From an uncultured Eubacteriales bacterium (GTDB lineage: Bacteria > Bacillota > Clostridia > Oscillospirales > CAG-272), in assembly GCA_934402395.1 (NCBI GenBank), contig CAKRTQ010000004.1, positions 65,946 to 129,945 of the forward strand: a stretch of 64,000 bases of DNA. The letters run 5' to 3'. Shown here piece after piece: positions 37,852-48,308 of this stretch. How positions within the stretch are numbered: the stretch's first letter is position 1; each line of letters begins with the position of its first letter. Below the pieces are notes generated by a model that was not told where the DNA came from, made no database searches, and saw only the letters and a list, made by a program, of their open reading frames with translations. The position numbers were made by a program, and so were the translations under genes.

Positions 37852-39195
37852 ATGAATATGGATCACATAAATGTATACGGCGCGGGTCTTGCCGGCTGCG
37901 AGGCGGCATGGCAGGCGGCGCAGCGCGGCGTAAAGGTCAGACTTTTTGAAATGAAGCCGCAAAAATTCACTCCGGCGCACCATTCCGAAAGATTCTGCGA
38001 GCTGGTATGCTCAAATTCTCTGCGCTCGGACAGTCCTTCAAATGCCGTGGGGCTTCTGAAGGAAGAAATGAGGCGTATGTCCTCTCTCATAATGGAAGCG
38101 GCGGATGCGTGCCGCGTTCCCGCCGGTTCCGCACTTGCGGTGGACAGGGACAGGTTTTCATCATATGTGACCGATAAGATCAGGAGCCATCCGCTTATCG
38201 AGTGCATTTCCGCCGAGGTATCCTCGGTCCCGGAAGGCGAGATAACCGTTATTGCCACCGGACCGCTCACATCGCCGGCAATGGCGGATTATATCTCCGG
38301 TGAACTCGGCTGCTCCGGACTGCACTTCTTTGACGCCGCAGCCCCGATAGTCGACGGCGACACGGTGGACCGCAGCATTGCGTTTTTTGCTTCCCGCTAC
38401 GGCAAGGGGGATGCAGATTATCTGAACTGCCCAATGACGCGCGAGCAGTACGACGCGTTTTACGATGCGCTTATAGGTGCGCGCGAGGCTGAGCTGCATG
38501 ATTTTGACCGCGAGGAGCAAAAGGATCTTACCGTTTTTGAAGGTTGTATGCCGGTGGAGGTCATGGCGCGCCGCGGGCGCGACACTCTCCGGTTCGGACC
38601 GATGAAGCCCGTGGGACTTACTGATCCGCGTCACCCCGAGGTGCGCGATTGGTACGCGGTCGTACAGCTGCGCAAGGAAAACCGCGAGGGGACTATGTTC
38701 AATCTTGTGGGCTTTCAGACGCATCTTGCCTTTCCGGAGCAAAAGCGTGTGTTCTCAATGATCCCCGGACTGGAGAATGCCGAATTTCTGCGTTACGGTG
38801 TCATGCACCGCAACACATATCTTGATTCTCCGGGCAGGCTGGATGAAAATTACGGTCTTTTGTCGCGTCCCGGCGTTTACTTTGCCGGACAGATGACAGG
38901 CGTTGAAGGATATGTGGAGTCTGCCGCATCGGGACTCGTGGCGGGAGCCTCCGCTGCGCGCCGCGCACGCGGTATGGACGCGGTTACACTTCCGCGCGAG
39001 ACTATGACGGGAGCTATGGCATCGTATGTCTCCCACGGCGGCGTGAGCGGCTCATTTGTTCCGATGAATGCCAACTTCGGAATAATCGCGCCGCTTACCG
39101 AACGCGTGCGCGGCGGCAAAAAGGCACGCGGCGAGGCGTATTCGGCGCGTGCGCTGGCGGTGCTTGACGGCGTGACCGGCGAGTTCAACAGCTGA
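37852..39195 (+). CDS. trmFO: methylenetetrahydrofolate--tRNA-(uracil-5)-methyltransferase
   Basis: The FAD motif is VYGAGLAGCEAAWQ. The length and position after topA are as in Bacillus and Clostridia. Confidence 0.9.
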   Translation: MNMDHINVYGAGLAGCEAAWQAAQRGVKVRLFEMKPQKFTPAHHSERFCELVCSNSLRSDSPSNAVGLLKEEMRRMSSLIMEAADACRVPAGSALAVDRDRFSSYVTDKIRSHPLIECISAEVSSVPEGEITVIATGPLTSPAMADYISGELGCSGLHFFDAAAPIVDGDTVDRSIAFFASRYGKGDADYLNCPMTREQYDAFYDALIGAREAELHDFDREEQKDLTVFEGCMPVEVMARRGRDTLRFGPMKPVGLTDPRHPEVRDWYAVVQLRKENREGTMFNLVGFQTHLAFPEQKRVFSMIPGLENAEFLRYGVMHRNTYLDSPGRLDENYGLLSRPGVYFAGQMTGVEGYVESAASGLVAGASAARRARGMDAVTLPRETMTGAMASYVSHGGVSGSFVPMNANFGIIAPLTERVRGGKKARGEAYSARALAVLDGVTGEFNS

Positions 39196-39228
39196 ATTGA
39201 AAAAATAATCTAAAATGGATACTGTAAT

Positions 39229-40296
39229 ATGATAGTTATAGTTGATTGCATGGGCGGCGACAATGCGCCGCGCGAGGTCGTACGCGGTGCATATCTTGCG
39301 TCGCTTGAATATAATGCGAGCTTTGTGCTTGTCGGCGACAGGGCTGCTATCGAACAGGTCGCAGCCGATGACGGAATAGATCTTCGGCGCTTCGATATCG
39401 TAAATGCCGCATCGGTGATCGAAATGACCGACGATCCGGTATCGGTCGTCCGCGCCAAAAGCGATTCTTCGATGAGCACGGCACTGCGCCTTCTTGCCGA
39501 TGGCAGGGGAGACGCCGTTGTGTCTACCGGAAACACCGGTGCGCTTTTTACCGGTGCCACGCTTATCGTCCGCAAGATAAAGGGCGTGCGGCGCGCCGCC
39601 ATAGCCAGTATTCTTCCTATGACTCCGCCGGTGCTTTTGCTTGATTCGGGCGCGAATGTTGTTGTTACGGACGAGTATATCGAGCAGTTTGCGGTGATGG
39701 GAAGTATTTATATGCAGAAAGTATACGGGCTTTCCACGCCGCGTGTAGGTCTGCTGAATAACGGCGCAGAGGAATGCAAGGGGACTGAGCTCCAGCTCAA
39801 AAGCTATCGCAGACTGAGCGAGTTGCCGAGTATCAACTTTGTAGGCAACGTGGAGGCTGACAAGGTGCCAAAAAACGCCTGCGATGTTCTTGTTACCGAC
39901 GGATTTACCGGAAATGTGCTTTTGAAAAGCATCGAGGGCATGGGCAGACTCATGCTTTCGACAATGAAGGATATTTTTTATTCCGATGCCAGGGGGCGTC
40001 TGTCGGGTATGTTCATAAAGGGAAAGGTGGGCGATGTCAAAAAGCGTTTTGATGCGTCCGAACACGGCGGCGCGCCGCTGCTCGGCATATCCAAGCCTGT
40101 GATAAAGGCTCACGGCTCATCGAATGCCAATGCCGTGAAGAATGCGATCAGACAGGCGATAAATTATGCGAACACCGGCGTTATCGTGAATATCGCCAGG
40201 GAAATAAAGAGCTTCGGCGGCACCGATGCTCAGCCGGCTGCCGATGCTCCGGCAAACACGGAAAGGAGTCATGAAAATGCAAAGGGAAACCGATGA
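39229..40296 (+). CDS. plsX: phosphate acyltransferase PlsX
   Basis: PlsX blocks are present: VDCMGGDNAP, VSTGNTGAL, LDSGAN, TDGFTGNVLLK and GAPLLG. Confidence 0.9.
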   Translation: MIVIVDCMGGDNAPREVVRGAYLASLEYNASFVLVGDRAAIEQVAADDGIDLRRFDIVNAASVIEMTDDPVSVVRAKSDSSMSTALRLLADGRGDAVVSTGNTGALFTGATLIVRKIKGVRRAAIASILPMTPPVLLLDSGANVVVTDEYIEQFAVMGSIYMQKVYGLSTPRVGLLNNGAEECKGTELQLKSYRRLSELPSINFVGNVEADKVPKNACDVLVTDGFTGNVLLKSIEGMGRLMLSTMKDIFYSDARGRLSGMFIKGKVGDVKKRFDASEHGGAPLLGISKPVIKAHGSSNANAVKNAIRQAINYANTGVIVNIAREIKSFGGTDAQPAADAPANTERSHENAKGNR

Positions 40297-41041
40297 TGCG
40301 GTATTTCCGGGAAGAGATCTTCTCCCCGAGGATGTGGGACGGCTTGAGGAACGTATAGGACACCGTTTTGCCGACCGCAGACTGCTGCTTGAGGCTCTTA
40401 CACATTCATCGTTTTCAAACGAGCACAGGACCGTGAAGCTGCCCTGCAACGAGCGGCTTGAATTTCTCGGCGACTCGGTGCTTTCAGTCATAACGAGCGA
40501 GCATATATTTGTCCGCTTTCCGGAAAATCCCGAGGGCGAGCTTACGCGTATGCGCGCCGAGCTCGTATGCGAAAAGGCGCTTGCTGTATATGCTTCCGAA
40601 ATAGATCTCGGACATTACCTGCTTCTCGGCAAAGGCGAGGAGCGCGGAGGCGGGCGCGAACGCAAGTCGATAGTTGCCGATGCGTTTGAGGCGCTTATCG
40701 CTGCGGTATATCTTGACGCGGGCGACGCCGACGGAGATGTCGACGGCAGAACAGCGGTGCGCAAATATCTTATCCCGTTGATCGATGACATGATGGGGGA
40801 GATACTCCGCCAGTGGCACGGCGCAGACTACAAAACTCTTCTGCAACAGCTCATACAGCGTTCCGAGGGCGAAATACTTGAGTACGTAACGGTCGAAGCG
40901 ACAGGTCCCGATCATGACAAGACATTCCGTGTCGAGGCACGGTTGAATTCCAACATTATCGGAGCCGGCAGTGCGCACAGCAAGCGCGCGGCGGAGCAGG
41001 AAGCGGCGCGTCAGGCTCTTGTGCTTTTCGGCGAGCTTTGA
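40271..41041 (+). CDS. rnc: ribonuclease III
   Basis: The RNase III signature is NERLEFLGDSV, with a C-terminal dsRBD (KTLLQQ...GSAHSKRAAEQEAARQAL). The ATG at 40271 follows AAAGGAG and overlaps the plsX 3' end by 26 nt. Confidence 0.9.
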   Translation: MKMQRETDDAVFPGRDLLPEDVGRLEERIGHRFADRRLLLEALTHSSFSNEHRTVKLPCNERLEFLGDSVLSVITSEHIFVRFPENPEGELTRMRAELVCEKALAVYASEIDLGHYLLLGKGEERGGGRERKSIVADAFEALIAAVYLDAGDADGDVDGRTAVRKYLIPLIDDMMGEILRQWHGADYKTLLQQLIQRSEGEILEYVTVEATGPDHDKTFRVEARLNSNIIGAGSAHSKRAAEQEAARQALVLFGEL

Positions 41042-41123
41042 TTTTTTCTTGTCCTGAGGCAACCGGCAGGGCGCTGCGGGTACGGCAGCCGTCCTGCCGG
41101 AATTCTTTTTTGAGAGGTATTCG

Positions 41124-41726
41124 ATGAGCAACGTATATTATGTGCTTCCGCTCGGGCGCATGGAGGCGAATTGCTATATTGTCGACTGCGGCGGCGGAAC
41201 GGCTGCCGTGATAGATCCGGGTGATGAGCCCGAGAAGATCGAAAATGAAGTTGACCGCATCGGGCTTACCGTAGGAGCGGTGCTTATCACACACGGTCAT
41301 TTTGACCATGTAGGTGCAGCGCGCGCGATAAACGAAAGGTACGGCTGCCCGGTCCTTCGTGCGGATGGGGATGACGGATTGCCGCCGAGTCTTGCGGGAG
41401 ACGGCTTTTGTACCGGAAGATATGGAGACGGTGACACCGTGAAGGTAGGCGAAAGCGTTTTCCGGGTGATATCCACACCGGGACACAGCCGCGGATCGGT
41501 CTGCCTTGAATGCGGCGACCTGCTTTTTACCGGCGATACGCTTTTTCGCGGCGCATGCGGGCGTGTCGATTTTCCGGGCGGCAGTATTAAAGAAATGCGC
41601 CTGAGCCTTGCCCGACTTGCGGCGTTGGCCGGGGACCGCACGGTCCTTCCGGGGCACGGGGATGCGACGACGCTTGACTGCGAACGGAAAAGCAACCCAT
41701 ACATGATAAAGGCGGCGCAGAGATGA
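41124..41726 (+). CDS. MBL-fold metallo-hydrolase
   Basis: The metal-binding motif is ITHGHFDH, followed by later TPGHS and GDTLF blocks. It is 200 aa. Confidence 0.8.
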   Translation: MSNVYYVLPLGRMEANCYIVDCGGGTAAVIDPGDEPEKIENEVDRIGLTVGAVLITHGHFDHVGAARAINERYGCPVLRADGDDGLPPSLAGDGFCTGRYGDGDTVKVGESVFRVISTPGHSRGSVCLECGDLLFTGDTLFRGACGRVDFPGGSIKEMRLSLARLAALAGDRTVLPGHGDATTLDCERKSNPYMIKAAQR

Positions 41727-42763
41727 GACATATAAATATACCCGTGTTCATTCCTCATCTCGGGTGCCCGAACAACTGCGTTTTCTGCAATCAGCGCACG
41801 ATCTCGGGAACCATGGAATTCCGCGAGGAGGATGTGCGCGGCATTATCGATACCGCGCTTGCCACGGTGCCGGCTGACAGCGATGTCGAGATCGCCTTTT
41901 TCGGCGGCTCATTTACCGGTATCGACCGGGCTCTGATGGTACGCCTGCTTGAGCTTGCGGACGGATATATCGCCAACGGCAGTGTGCGTACGCTGCGCTG
42001 CTCCACACGCCCGGACTATATAAACGATGAGATACTTGAGATTCTTTCGGCTCACCGCATGACAACGGTCGAGCTTGGCATTCAGAGCACCGACGACAGA
42101 GTTCTTGCGGCGAGCCGGCGCGGACACACGGCTGATATTTCACGCCGTGCCTGCCGTGCGGTCAAGGCTGCGGGCATGAAGCTCGTGGGGCAGATGATGG
42201 TCGGGCTCCCGGGAGCCGATGAGCAAAGCGAGATACGCACGGCGCGGGATATATGTGAAATGGGCGCGGATGCCGCGCGGGTCTACCCGACGGTGGTCTT
42301 TCGCGGTACCGAGCTTGAAAAAATGACGGAGAACGGCGGCTATCTGCCGCTCGGTTATGCCGAGGCTGCGGAGCGCACGGCGTCGGTGCTCGATATTTTC
42401 GACCGCGCGGGCATTCCCGTAATACGCGTGGGGCTTTGTGCCGGAGAGGGGCTGTCATCGCCCGAGACCGTTGCGGGCGGAGCGAATCACCCTGCAATGG
42501 GCGAGCTGTCAATGGGCGAGCTCTTTTACCGCCGCATTTCGGAAGCGATGGATGCCGCACTATCGGAACACGGGAGCGATGTCAAGGGCAAAACAGCGGT
42601 GATCTGTGTCCGCAGAGGCGGCACATCGCCCGCCATCGGACAAAAAAGATGCAATATTTCCCGCCTTGAGGAAAAATATTGTCGTCCGGACAGTATAAAT
42701 CGCATATTGGTGCTTGAAAGTTGCGATCTTTTAGGATATAATATAAGAATAAATATTATTTGA
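41723..42763 (+). CDS. radical SAM protein (ELP3-like radical SAM domain)
   Basis: The CxxxCxxC cluster is GCPNNCVFCNQ near the N-terminus. It overlaps the MBL gene stop by 4 nt. Confidence 0.8.
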   Translation: MRHINIPVFIPHLGCPNNCVFCNQRTISGTMEFREEDVRGIIDTALATVPADSDVEIAFFGGSFTGIDRALMVRLLELADGYIANGSVRTLRCSTRPDYINDEILEILSAHRMTTVELGIQSTDDRVLAASRRGHTADISRRACRAVKAAGMKLVGQMMVGLPGADEQSEIRTARDICEMGADAARVYPTVVFRGTELEKMTENGGYLPLGYAEAAERTASVLDIFDRAGIPVIRVGLCAGEGLSSPETVAGGANHPAMGELSMGELFYRRISEAMDAALSEHGSDVKGKTAVICVRRGGTSPAIGQKRCNISRLEEKYCRPDSINRILVLESCDLLGYNIRINII

Positions 42764-42809
42764 TTCAAAAACCGTCACGAGGACGGAAAAACAACAACGG
42801 AGGCGTCTT

Positions 42810-45800
42810 TTGTACCTTAAGCAGCTTGAGCTTCAGGGCTTCAAATCCTTCCCCGACCGCACAAAACTGACCTTCGGTCACGGTGCTACCGTCATTGTGG
42901 GACCGAACGGAAGCGGAAAATCGAACATCGCCGATGCAATGCGATGGGTCCTGGGCGAAATATCGTCCAAGAGCCTGCGCGGCACCAAGATGGAGGATAT
43001 CATATTCGGCGGCGCGGACAGCCGCAAACCGATGGGATATGCCGAGGTTTCGGTAACCTTCGACAATACCGGCACTCAGGGAAGAATAGATTGTCCGTAC
43101 GACGAAATAACCGTCACACGCCGTTACTACCGTAACGGGGACAGCGAATATTTTATAAACCGCAAGGAAGTACGTCTGCGCGATGTGTATGAGATGTTTC
43201 TCAACACGGGCGTGGGGCGTGACGGATACTCAATAATCGGTCAGGGGCGCATTGCCGACATAGTGTCGCGCAAAAGCGATGAAAGACGCGGTATTTTTGA
43301 GGATGCCGCAGGTATTGCCAAATACCGCCACAAGAAGAACGAGGCGGAACGCCGTCTTGCCTCAACGCGGGACAACATGGAGCGCGCGCAGGACATCCTT
43401 GATGAAATAGGCGCACGTCTCGGTCCGTTGGAACGCGAATGCGTGAAGGCGAAGAGATACATCGAATACACCGAAATAAAAAAGAAAGCGGATGTTCAGC
43501 TCTGGCTCTTCGATACCGAAAGCCTGAGGAGCGAAATATCAAAAAGCGAGGACGAGCTGAGGCTTGCCGCGCACGAGCTTGACAATGCGACGGAAACACT
43601 GTCAACGCTTGAAAATCAGAACGAGCGGCTCGGAGAACTTTCGCGTTCGAGCAAGGCGGAATCCGAAAAGCTTTTGCTTTCAATAAAGGAATGCACACGC
43701 GCAAATTTTGCGCTTGAAAGCGAGATCAAGGTAACGGAGAGCAACCTTTCTCATGCCGAGGGAGCGCTTTCCGATGCACGCGCGGCGGAAAAGAACTGCC
43801 GCGAGCTGGCTCTTTCCGAAAAAAAGACCGCCGAGCAGTACCGTGAGGCGGCGGTCGGTTATGCCGGGAAGCTGAACGCAACGGCAGCCGAAGAAAAGAA
43901 GGCGCGCGATGCGGCAGGCGAGGCGGAGCGCAAGGCGTCGGCTCTTGACGATGCGATAGCAGCGGCTTTTGACGAGATCATGAGAGCACAGTCCGAAGAT
44001 GCCGACGCGGCGGCGCGGCTTGATGTCATCGGGCGTTCCAAAAACGAGGGCGCGGGCAGAAAAGATGCGGCTGCAAAGGAAATAGCGGAATACGAACGCC
44101 GCGCGGCAGCGATATCTGCCGAATGCGCCGGGACCGAACGGACAATAGCGGGCTACGATGCCGAAAGCGCGAAGCTTGCGGCAGGCGAAGACGCCATTGT
44201 GCGCAGTCTGACAGCTGAAAAGGAACGCGCCGAAAGAGGAGCGGCTATCCTTTCAGGTCTTCGCACCGAGTGCGACACTCTCGCACGTCAGACCGAAACG
44301 CTGAGACGCATGGAAGAGCATTTTGAAGGCTACAACAACAGCGTGCGTCATGTAATGCAGTGCTGTGCCGACGGCAGACTTTCGGCTGCCGGCGGATGCG
44401 GCAGAATATACGGTCCCGTTTCAAAGCTGATCGAGGTCGGCGGCGAATATGTGACCGCTGTTGAGACCGCTCTCGGCGCGGCGATACAGAACATCGTGGT
44501 CGATGACGAGGAGACCGTAAAGGCGGCGATCGAATGCCTGAAGCGCGACCGTGCCGGACGCGCGACCTTCTGTCCCGTATCGGCGGTCAGAGGCTACGGC
44601 GGAGCGGTCACGCGCGAAATGGCGGAGGCTGCCGGATATCGCGGTTATGTCGGCGTGGCATCGGAGCTTGTTAAGTATGACCCTAAATTTTCCGATGTCA
44701 TATCATCGCTTCTCGGCAGAACGGTCGTGTTCGATACACTTGACAACGCCATAGCAATGAGCCGTGCGCTCAGATATACCGTCCGCGCCGTTACGCTTGA
44801 CGGTCAGCAGATAAACCGCGGCGGTACATTTACGGGCGGCTCGGTGAGGACCGGAAGCGGCATACTCACACGTGCCGATGAAATAAAAAAACTTACCGCA
44901 GAGCTTGCGGACAAGCAGTCGAAGGCTGCAAAGGCATCCGAAACGCTTGCTGCCGTGAATGCGGAAATAAAGCGTCTTGAAGGCGAACTCGCTTCAAACG
45001 GTGATGCGCAGAAGCTGATAGGCACTCTGCGCGCCGCAGAAGCTGCAAAGCTTGAAAAACAAAAAGCGGGGCTTGATGCCGACCGCACTCTTATCGAGAG
45101 ACTGCATTCCGACCTTTCCGGTATAGAGGGCGAGGCTGAGCGTTTTGATGAAGAGATCGCGGCTCTTGAGGCTGAGCGGCGCGCGCTGGCATCGAAGATC
45201 AGCGAGCTGACGGCTTACCGTTCAGACCGCGAGGCGGAGCGCGGAGCGCTTCTTTGCGACCGCGACGACCGTATCCGCGAGGCGAATGAGCTTACGGTAC
45301 GTCTTTCCGAAACAAGGAAGGATATTGAGACTGCCAACGCGATGGCGGAGCTTTCAGAGGAAAAGATCCGTACGCTTACGGCAGATGCCGATGCAAAGGC
45401 CGAAGCGGCAAAAGCGGCACAGGAAGAAATAAGATCCCTTACCGGGCAAAAAGCCGAGGCTGCTTTACGGCTTGCAGACGGTGAACGCGAGCTTGACAGG
45501 CTGAACCGCGAACGGGCAAGTGCCGAAGATTCCGGATTTGAATTTGAACGCAAAATAAACGAGTTGCGCCGCCTGATACGCGACAAGCAGGAGTTCAAGG
45601 AGAGTGCGGCTGCAAACAAGCTGCGCTGCGAGACGAGACTGGAGCATCAGAGAGCCGACATGGAGACGCTTTCGACGCGGCTTTGGGAGGATCATGAGCT
45701 TACACGCTCCGAAGCGCTTGAGCTCGGCTATCCCGCAATAACCGCCGAAGAACGCCCGGCAGTCGCCGCAACACAGACCGAATACCGCAATAAGATACGG

Positions 45801-46442
45801 AATATCGGTTCGGTGAACACGGGTGCGCTTGAGGAATACAACGAGGTGCGCACGAGATACGATGATCTCAGTGCGCAGATGGCTGATCTGACAAAAGCAA
45901 AAAACGAGCTTGAGGGCATAATCTCAAAGCTTGAAGTTGAAATGAAGCGTGCGTTTTCCGAGTCGTTTGACAAAATAAACGAAAATTTCGGAAAGACGTT
46001 TGCCGAGCTATTCGGCGGCGGTTCCGCACAGCTTTCACTTACCGATCCCGACAACGTGCTTGAAAGCGGAATAGAGATCAAAGCGGCGCCTCCCGGCAAG
46101 ATAATCAAATCGCTCATGCAGCTTTCTGGCGGCGAGCAGGCTTTTGTTGCCATAGCGCTTTTCTTTGCGATACTTCAGGTAAACCCCACGCCGTTCTGCA
46201 TTCTTGACGAGATCGAAGCGGCGCTTGACGAGGTGAACGTTGAACGTCTTGCCGAATACATAAAACGGTATTCGGACGGCACACAGTTCATAATGATAAC
46301 ACACCGCCGCGGCACAATGAATGCGGCAGACCGCATATACGGCATAACGATGCCGGAGCACGGTATTTCCAATGTATTTGAGCTTGATGTTGCCGAGATA
46401 ACCAAACAGAAAGGAAGTAAATGGGATGGGCTTTTTGAGTAA
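42810..46442 (+). CDS. smc: chromosome segregation protein SMC
   Basis: It starts at TTG. Walker A is GPNGSGKSN. Long coiled-coil halves flank a hinge (GYVGVASELV...). The signature is LSGGEQ and Walker B is FCILDEIEAALD. Confidence 0.95.
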   Translation: MYLKQLELQGFKSFPDRTKLTFGHGATVIVGPNGSGKSNIADAMRWVLGEISSKSLRGTKMEDIIFGGADSRKPMGYAEVSVTFDNTGTQGRIDCPYDEITVTRRYYRNGDSEYFINRKEVRLRDVYEMFLNTGVGRDGYSIIGQGRIADIVSRKSDERRGIFEDAAGIAKYRHKKNEAERRLASTRDNMERAQDILDEIGARLGPLERECVKAKRYIEYTEIKKKADVQLWLFDTESLRSEISKSEDELRLAAHELDNATETLSTLENQNERLGELSRSSKAESEKLLLSIKECTRANFALESEIKVTESNLSHAEGALSDARAAEKNCRELALSEKKTAEQYREAAVGYAGKLNATAAEEKKARDAAGEAERKASALDDAIAAAFDEIMRAQSEDADAAARLDVIGRSKNEGAGRKDAAAKEIAEYERRAAAISAECAGTERTIAGYDAESAKLAAGEDAIVRSLTAEKERAERGAAILSGLRTECDTLARQTETLRRMEEHFEGYNNSVRHVMQCCADGRLSAAGGCGRIYGPVSKLIEVGGEYVTAVETALGAAIQNIVVDDEETVKAAIECLKRDRAGRATFCPVSAVRGYGGAVTREMAEAAGYRGYVGVASELVKYDPKFSDVISSLLGRTVVFDTLDNAIAMSRALRYTVRAVTLDGQQINRGGTFTGGSVRTGSGILTRADEIKKLTAELADKQSKAAKASETLAAVNAEIKRLEGELASNGDAQKLIGTLRAAEAAKLEKQKAGLDADRTLIERLHSDLSGIEGEAERFDEEIAALEAERRALASKISELTAYRSDREAERGALLCDRDDRIREANELTVRLSETRKDIETANAMAELSEEKIRTLTADADAKAEAAKAAQEEIRSLTGQKAEAALRLADGERELDRLNRERASAEDSGFEFERKINELRRLIRDKQEFKESAAANKLRCETRLEHQRADMETLSTRLWEDHELTRSEALELGYPAITAEERPAVAATQTEYRNKIRNIGSVNTGALEEYNEVRTRYDDLSAQMADLTKAKNELEGIISKLEVEMKRAFSESFDKINENFGKTFAELFGGGSAQLSLTDPDNVLESGIEIKAAPPGKIIKSLMQLSGGEQAFVAIALFFAILQVNPTPFCILDEIEAALDEVNVERLAEYIKRYSDGTQFIMITHRRGTMNAADRIYGITMPEHGISNVFELDVAEITKQKGSKWDGLFE

Positions 46443-47340
46443 ACTGCGTGAGGGGCTCGGTAAGACCCGCGACGCACTTATGGGTGGCATTGAGTCGGTG
46501 ATGCGCTCATTCGTAAAGATAGACGAGGATTTCCTTGATGAACTTGAGGAGATACTCATCACATCCGACGTCGGCGTAGGCGCCAGCGAGGAGATAATCG
46601 ACGAGCTTCGCGAGCGCATACGCGACAACAGGATAAAAACACGCGAGGACACGATGGCTGCCCTGCGCGAGATAATATCGGGAATGATAGGGGAGAGCGA
46701 ACCGCTTCACCTTGATACCGTTCCGTCTGTGATACTTGTTATCGGCGTAAACGGCGCGGGAAAGACCACATCTGTCGGTAAAATATCCGCGCGCCTTAAA
46801 GCCGAGGGCAAAAAGGTCGTGGTTGCCGCCGCCGATACATTCCGCGCCGCTGCGATAGATCAGCTCTCGGTCTGGTGCGACCGCGCGGGCGTTACGCTTG
46901 TAAAGCAAAGCGAGGGATCCGATCCCGCCGCAGTGGTCTACGATGCCGCAAATTATGCCCGCACAAAGGGCGCGGATGTGCTTATAGTCGATACTGCGGG
47001 CAGATTGCATAACAAAAAGAACCTTATGAACGAGCTGGCAAAGATAAACCGCGTCATCGACCGCGAGCTGCCAGGCGCATCGCGCGAGAATCTGCTCGTG
47101 CTTGACGCAACGACGGGTCAGAACGCCATCATTCAGGCAAAGGAATTCGGCGAGGCGGCAAACATCACGGGACTTGTGCTCAACAAGCTTGACGGTACTG
47201 CAAAGGGCGGCATCGTGCTGTCCATACGCCGCGAGCTGGGGCTGCCGGTCAAGTTCATCGGCGTCGGCGAAAAGATCGACGATATGCAGCCGTTTGACGC
47301 GCAGGAGTTCATCGATGCGCTTTTTCCGGAAAACGTCTGA
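46426..47340 (+). CDS. ftsY: signal recognition particle receptor FtsY
   Basis: The SRP GTPase motifs are GVNGAGKTT, DTAGR and NKLD. It overlaps the smc end by 17 nt. Confidence 0.95.
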   Translation: MGFLSKLREGLGKTRDALMGGIESVMRSFVKIDEDFLDELEEILITSDVGVGASEEIIDELRERIRDNRIKTREDTMAALREIISGMIGESEPLHLDTVPSVILVIGVNGAGKTTSVGKISARLKAEGKKVVVAAADTFRAAAIDQLSVWCDRAGVTLVKQSEGSDPAAVVYDAANYARTKGADVLIVDTAGRLHNKKNLMNELAKINRVIDRELPGASRENLLVLDATTGQNAIIQAKEFGEAANITGLVLNKLDGTAKGGIVLSIRRELGLPVKFIGVGEKIDDMQPFDAQEFIDALFPENV

Positions 47341-47355
47341 CAGGGAGTAACGGTA

Positions 47356-48003
47356 ATGAAGCTTAAAATACTGATCGCCACACGCAACCGCGGCAAGCTC
47401 GCGGAGCTTGAAAGACTTTTGTCGGTCTATATCGACGGCGCGGAGATCGAGCTTCTCACGCTTGACGATGTGGGATTTACCGGCGAGATCGTTGAAAACG
47501 GCGAGACATTTGCCGAAAACGCAATGATCAAGGCAAAGGCTGCTGCGGATTTTTCGGGGCTTATTTCGGTCGGCGACGATTCCGGGCTCTGCGTCTACGC
47601 GCTTGACGGCGAGCCGGGAGTGCATTCGGCGCGTTATGCCGGCGAGGGTCACGATGATGCTGCGAACAACCGCAAGCTGCTTGAAAAGCTGAGGGGCGTG
47701 TCTTACCGCGAGGCAGCGTTCGTCTGCGATATGGCGTGCGTGTTTCCCGAGGGATGCGGCCTTGAGGGAGAGCCCATCGAGGTCGAGGGCAGATGCGAGG
47801 GTGAAATACTCTGCCACCCGCGCGGTGAGGGCGGTTTCGGGTACGATCCGCTTTTCTGGTACGATGAATACGGAGAGACATTTGCCGAGCTTTCGCGTGA
47901 CGATAAAAACGCCATCAGTCATCGCGGCGTGGCGGCGGCAAAGCTGTGCCGCGAGATATCCGAGCGCATTCAGGCTGCCGTGAGCACCGAAAACAACGAA
48001 TAA
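47356..48003 (+). CDS. rdgB: non-canonical purine NTP pyrophosphatase (RdgB/HAM1 family)
   Basis: The N-terminus is IATRNRGKLAE, followed by the blocks DDSGL and GFGYDPLF. Confidence 0.9.
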   Translation: MKLKILIATRNRGKLAELERLLSVYIDGAEIELLTLDDVGFTGEIVENGETFAENAMIKAKAAADFSGLISVGDDSGLCVYALDGEPGVHSARYAGEGHDDAANNRKLLEKLRGVSYREAAFVCDMACVFPEGCGLEGEPIEVEGRCEGEILCHPRGEGGFGYDPLFWYDEYGETFAELSRDDKNAISHRGVAAAKLCREISERIQAAVSTENNE

Positions 48004-48017
48004 GCAGGAAGTCAAAA

Positions 48018-48308
48018 ATGGAAATAACATCAAAACAGAGAGCGCACCTGCGCTCGCTTGCTGCCGACATCCCCACTATCATGCAGATAGGCAAGGACGG
48101 CATAAGCGATAATCTTATAAAAACAGTCGGCGACGCACTTGAGGCGCGTGAGCTTATCAAGCTTTCGGTGCTTGACAACTGCGAGGAAACGCCGCGTTCT
48201 GCCGCCGAGGCACTGGCGGAGGCTACGGGAGCCGTTGTTGTGTCCACGATAGGGCGCAAGCTGATACTCTACCGTGAATCCGCAACGCGCAAAACCATCG
48301 AATTATGA
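48018..48308 (+). CDS. yhbY: ribosome assembly RNA-binding protein YhbY (CRM domain)
   Basis: The domain reads KQRAHLRSLA...IGKDGISDNLIKTVGDALEARELIKLSV. The ATG at 48018 lies 7 nt after AGGAAG. Confidence 0.85.
   Translation: MEITSKQRAHLRSLAADIPTIMQIGKDGISDNLIKTVGDALEARELIKLSVLDNCEETPRSAAEALAEATGAVVVSTIGRKLILYRESATRKTIEL

Noticed and set aside
39052-40113. 353-aa minus-strand ORF. Similar cases are 50686..51777 and 58379..59368.
   Set aside because: They are antisense to plsX, leuS and the TIM-barrel gene respectively, with no motifs and no SD.
46507-48033. 508-aa minus-strand ORF
   Set aside because: It is antisense to ftsY and rdgB, both of which carry unambiguous motifs. It has no recognisable domain and is an antisense GC-rich artefact.
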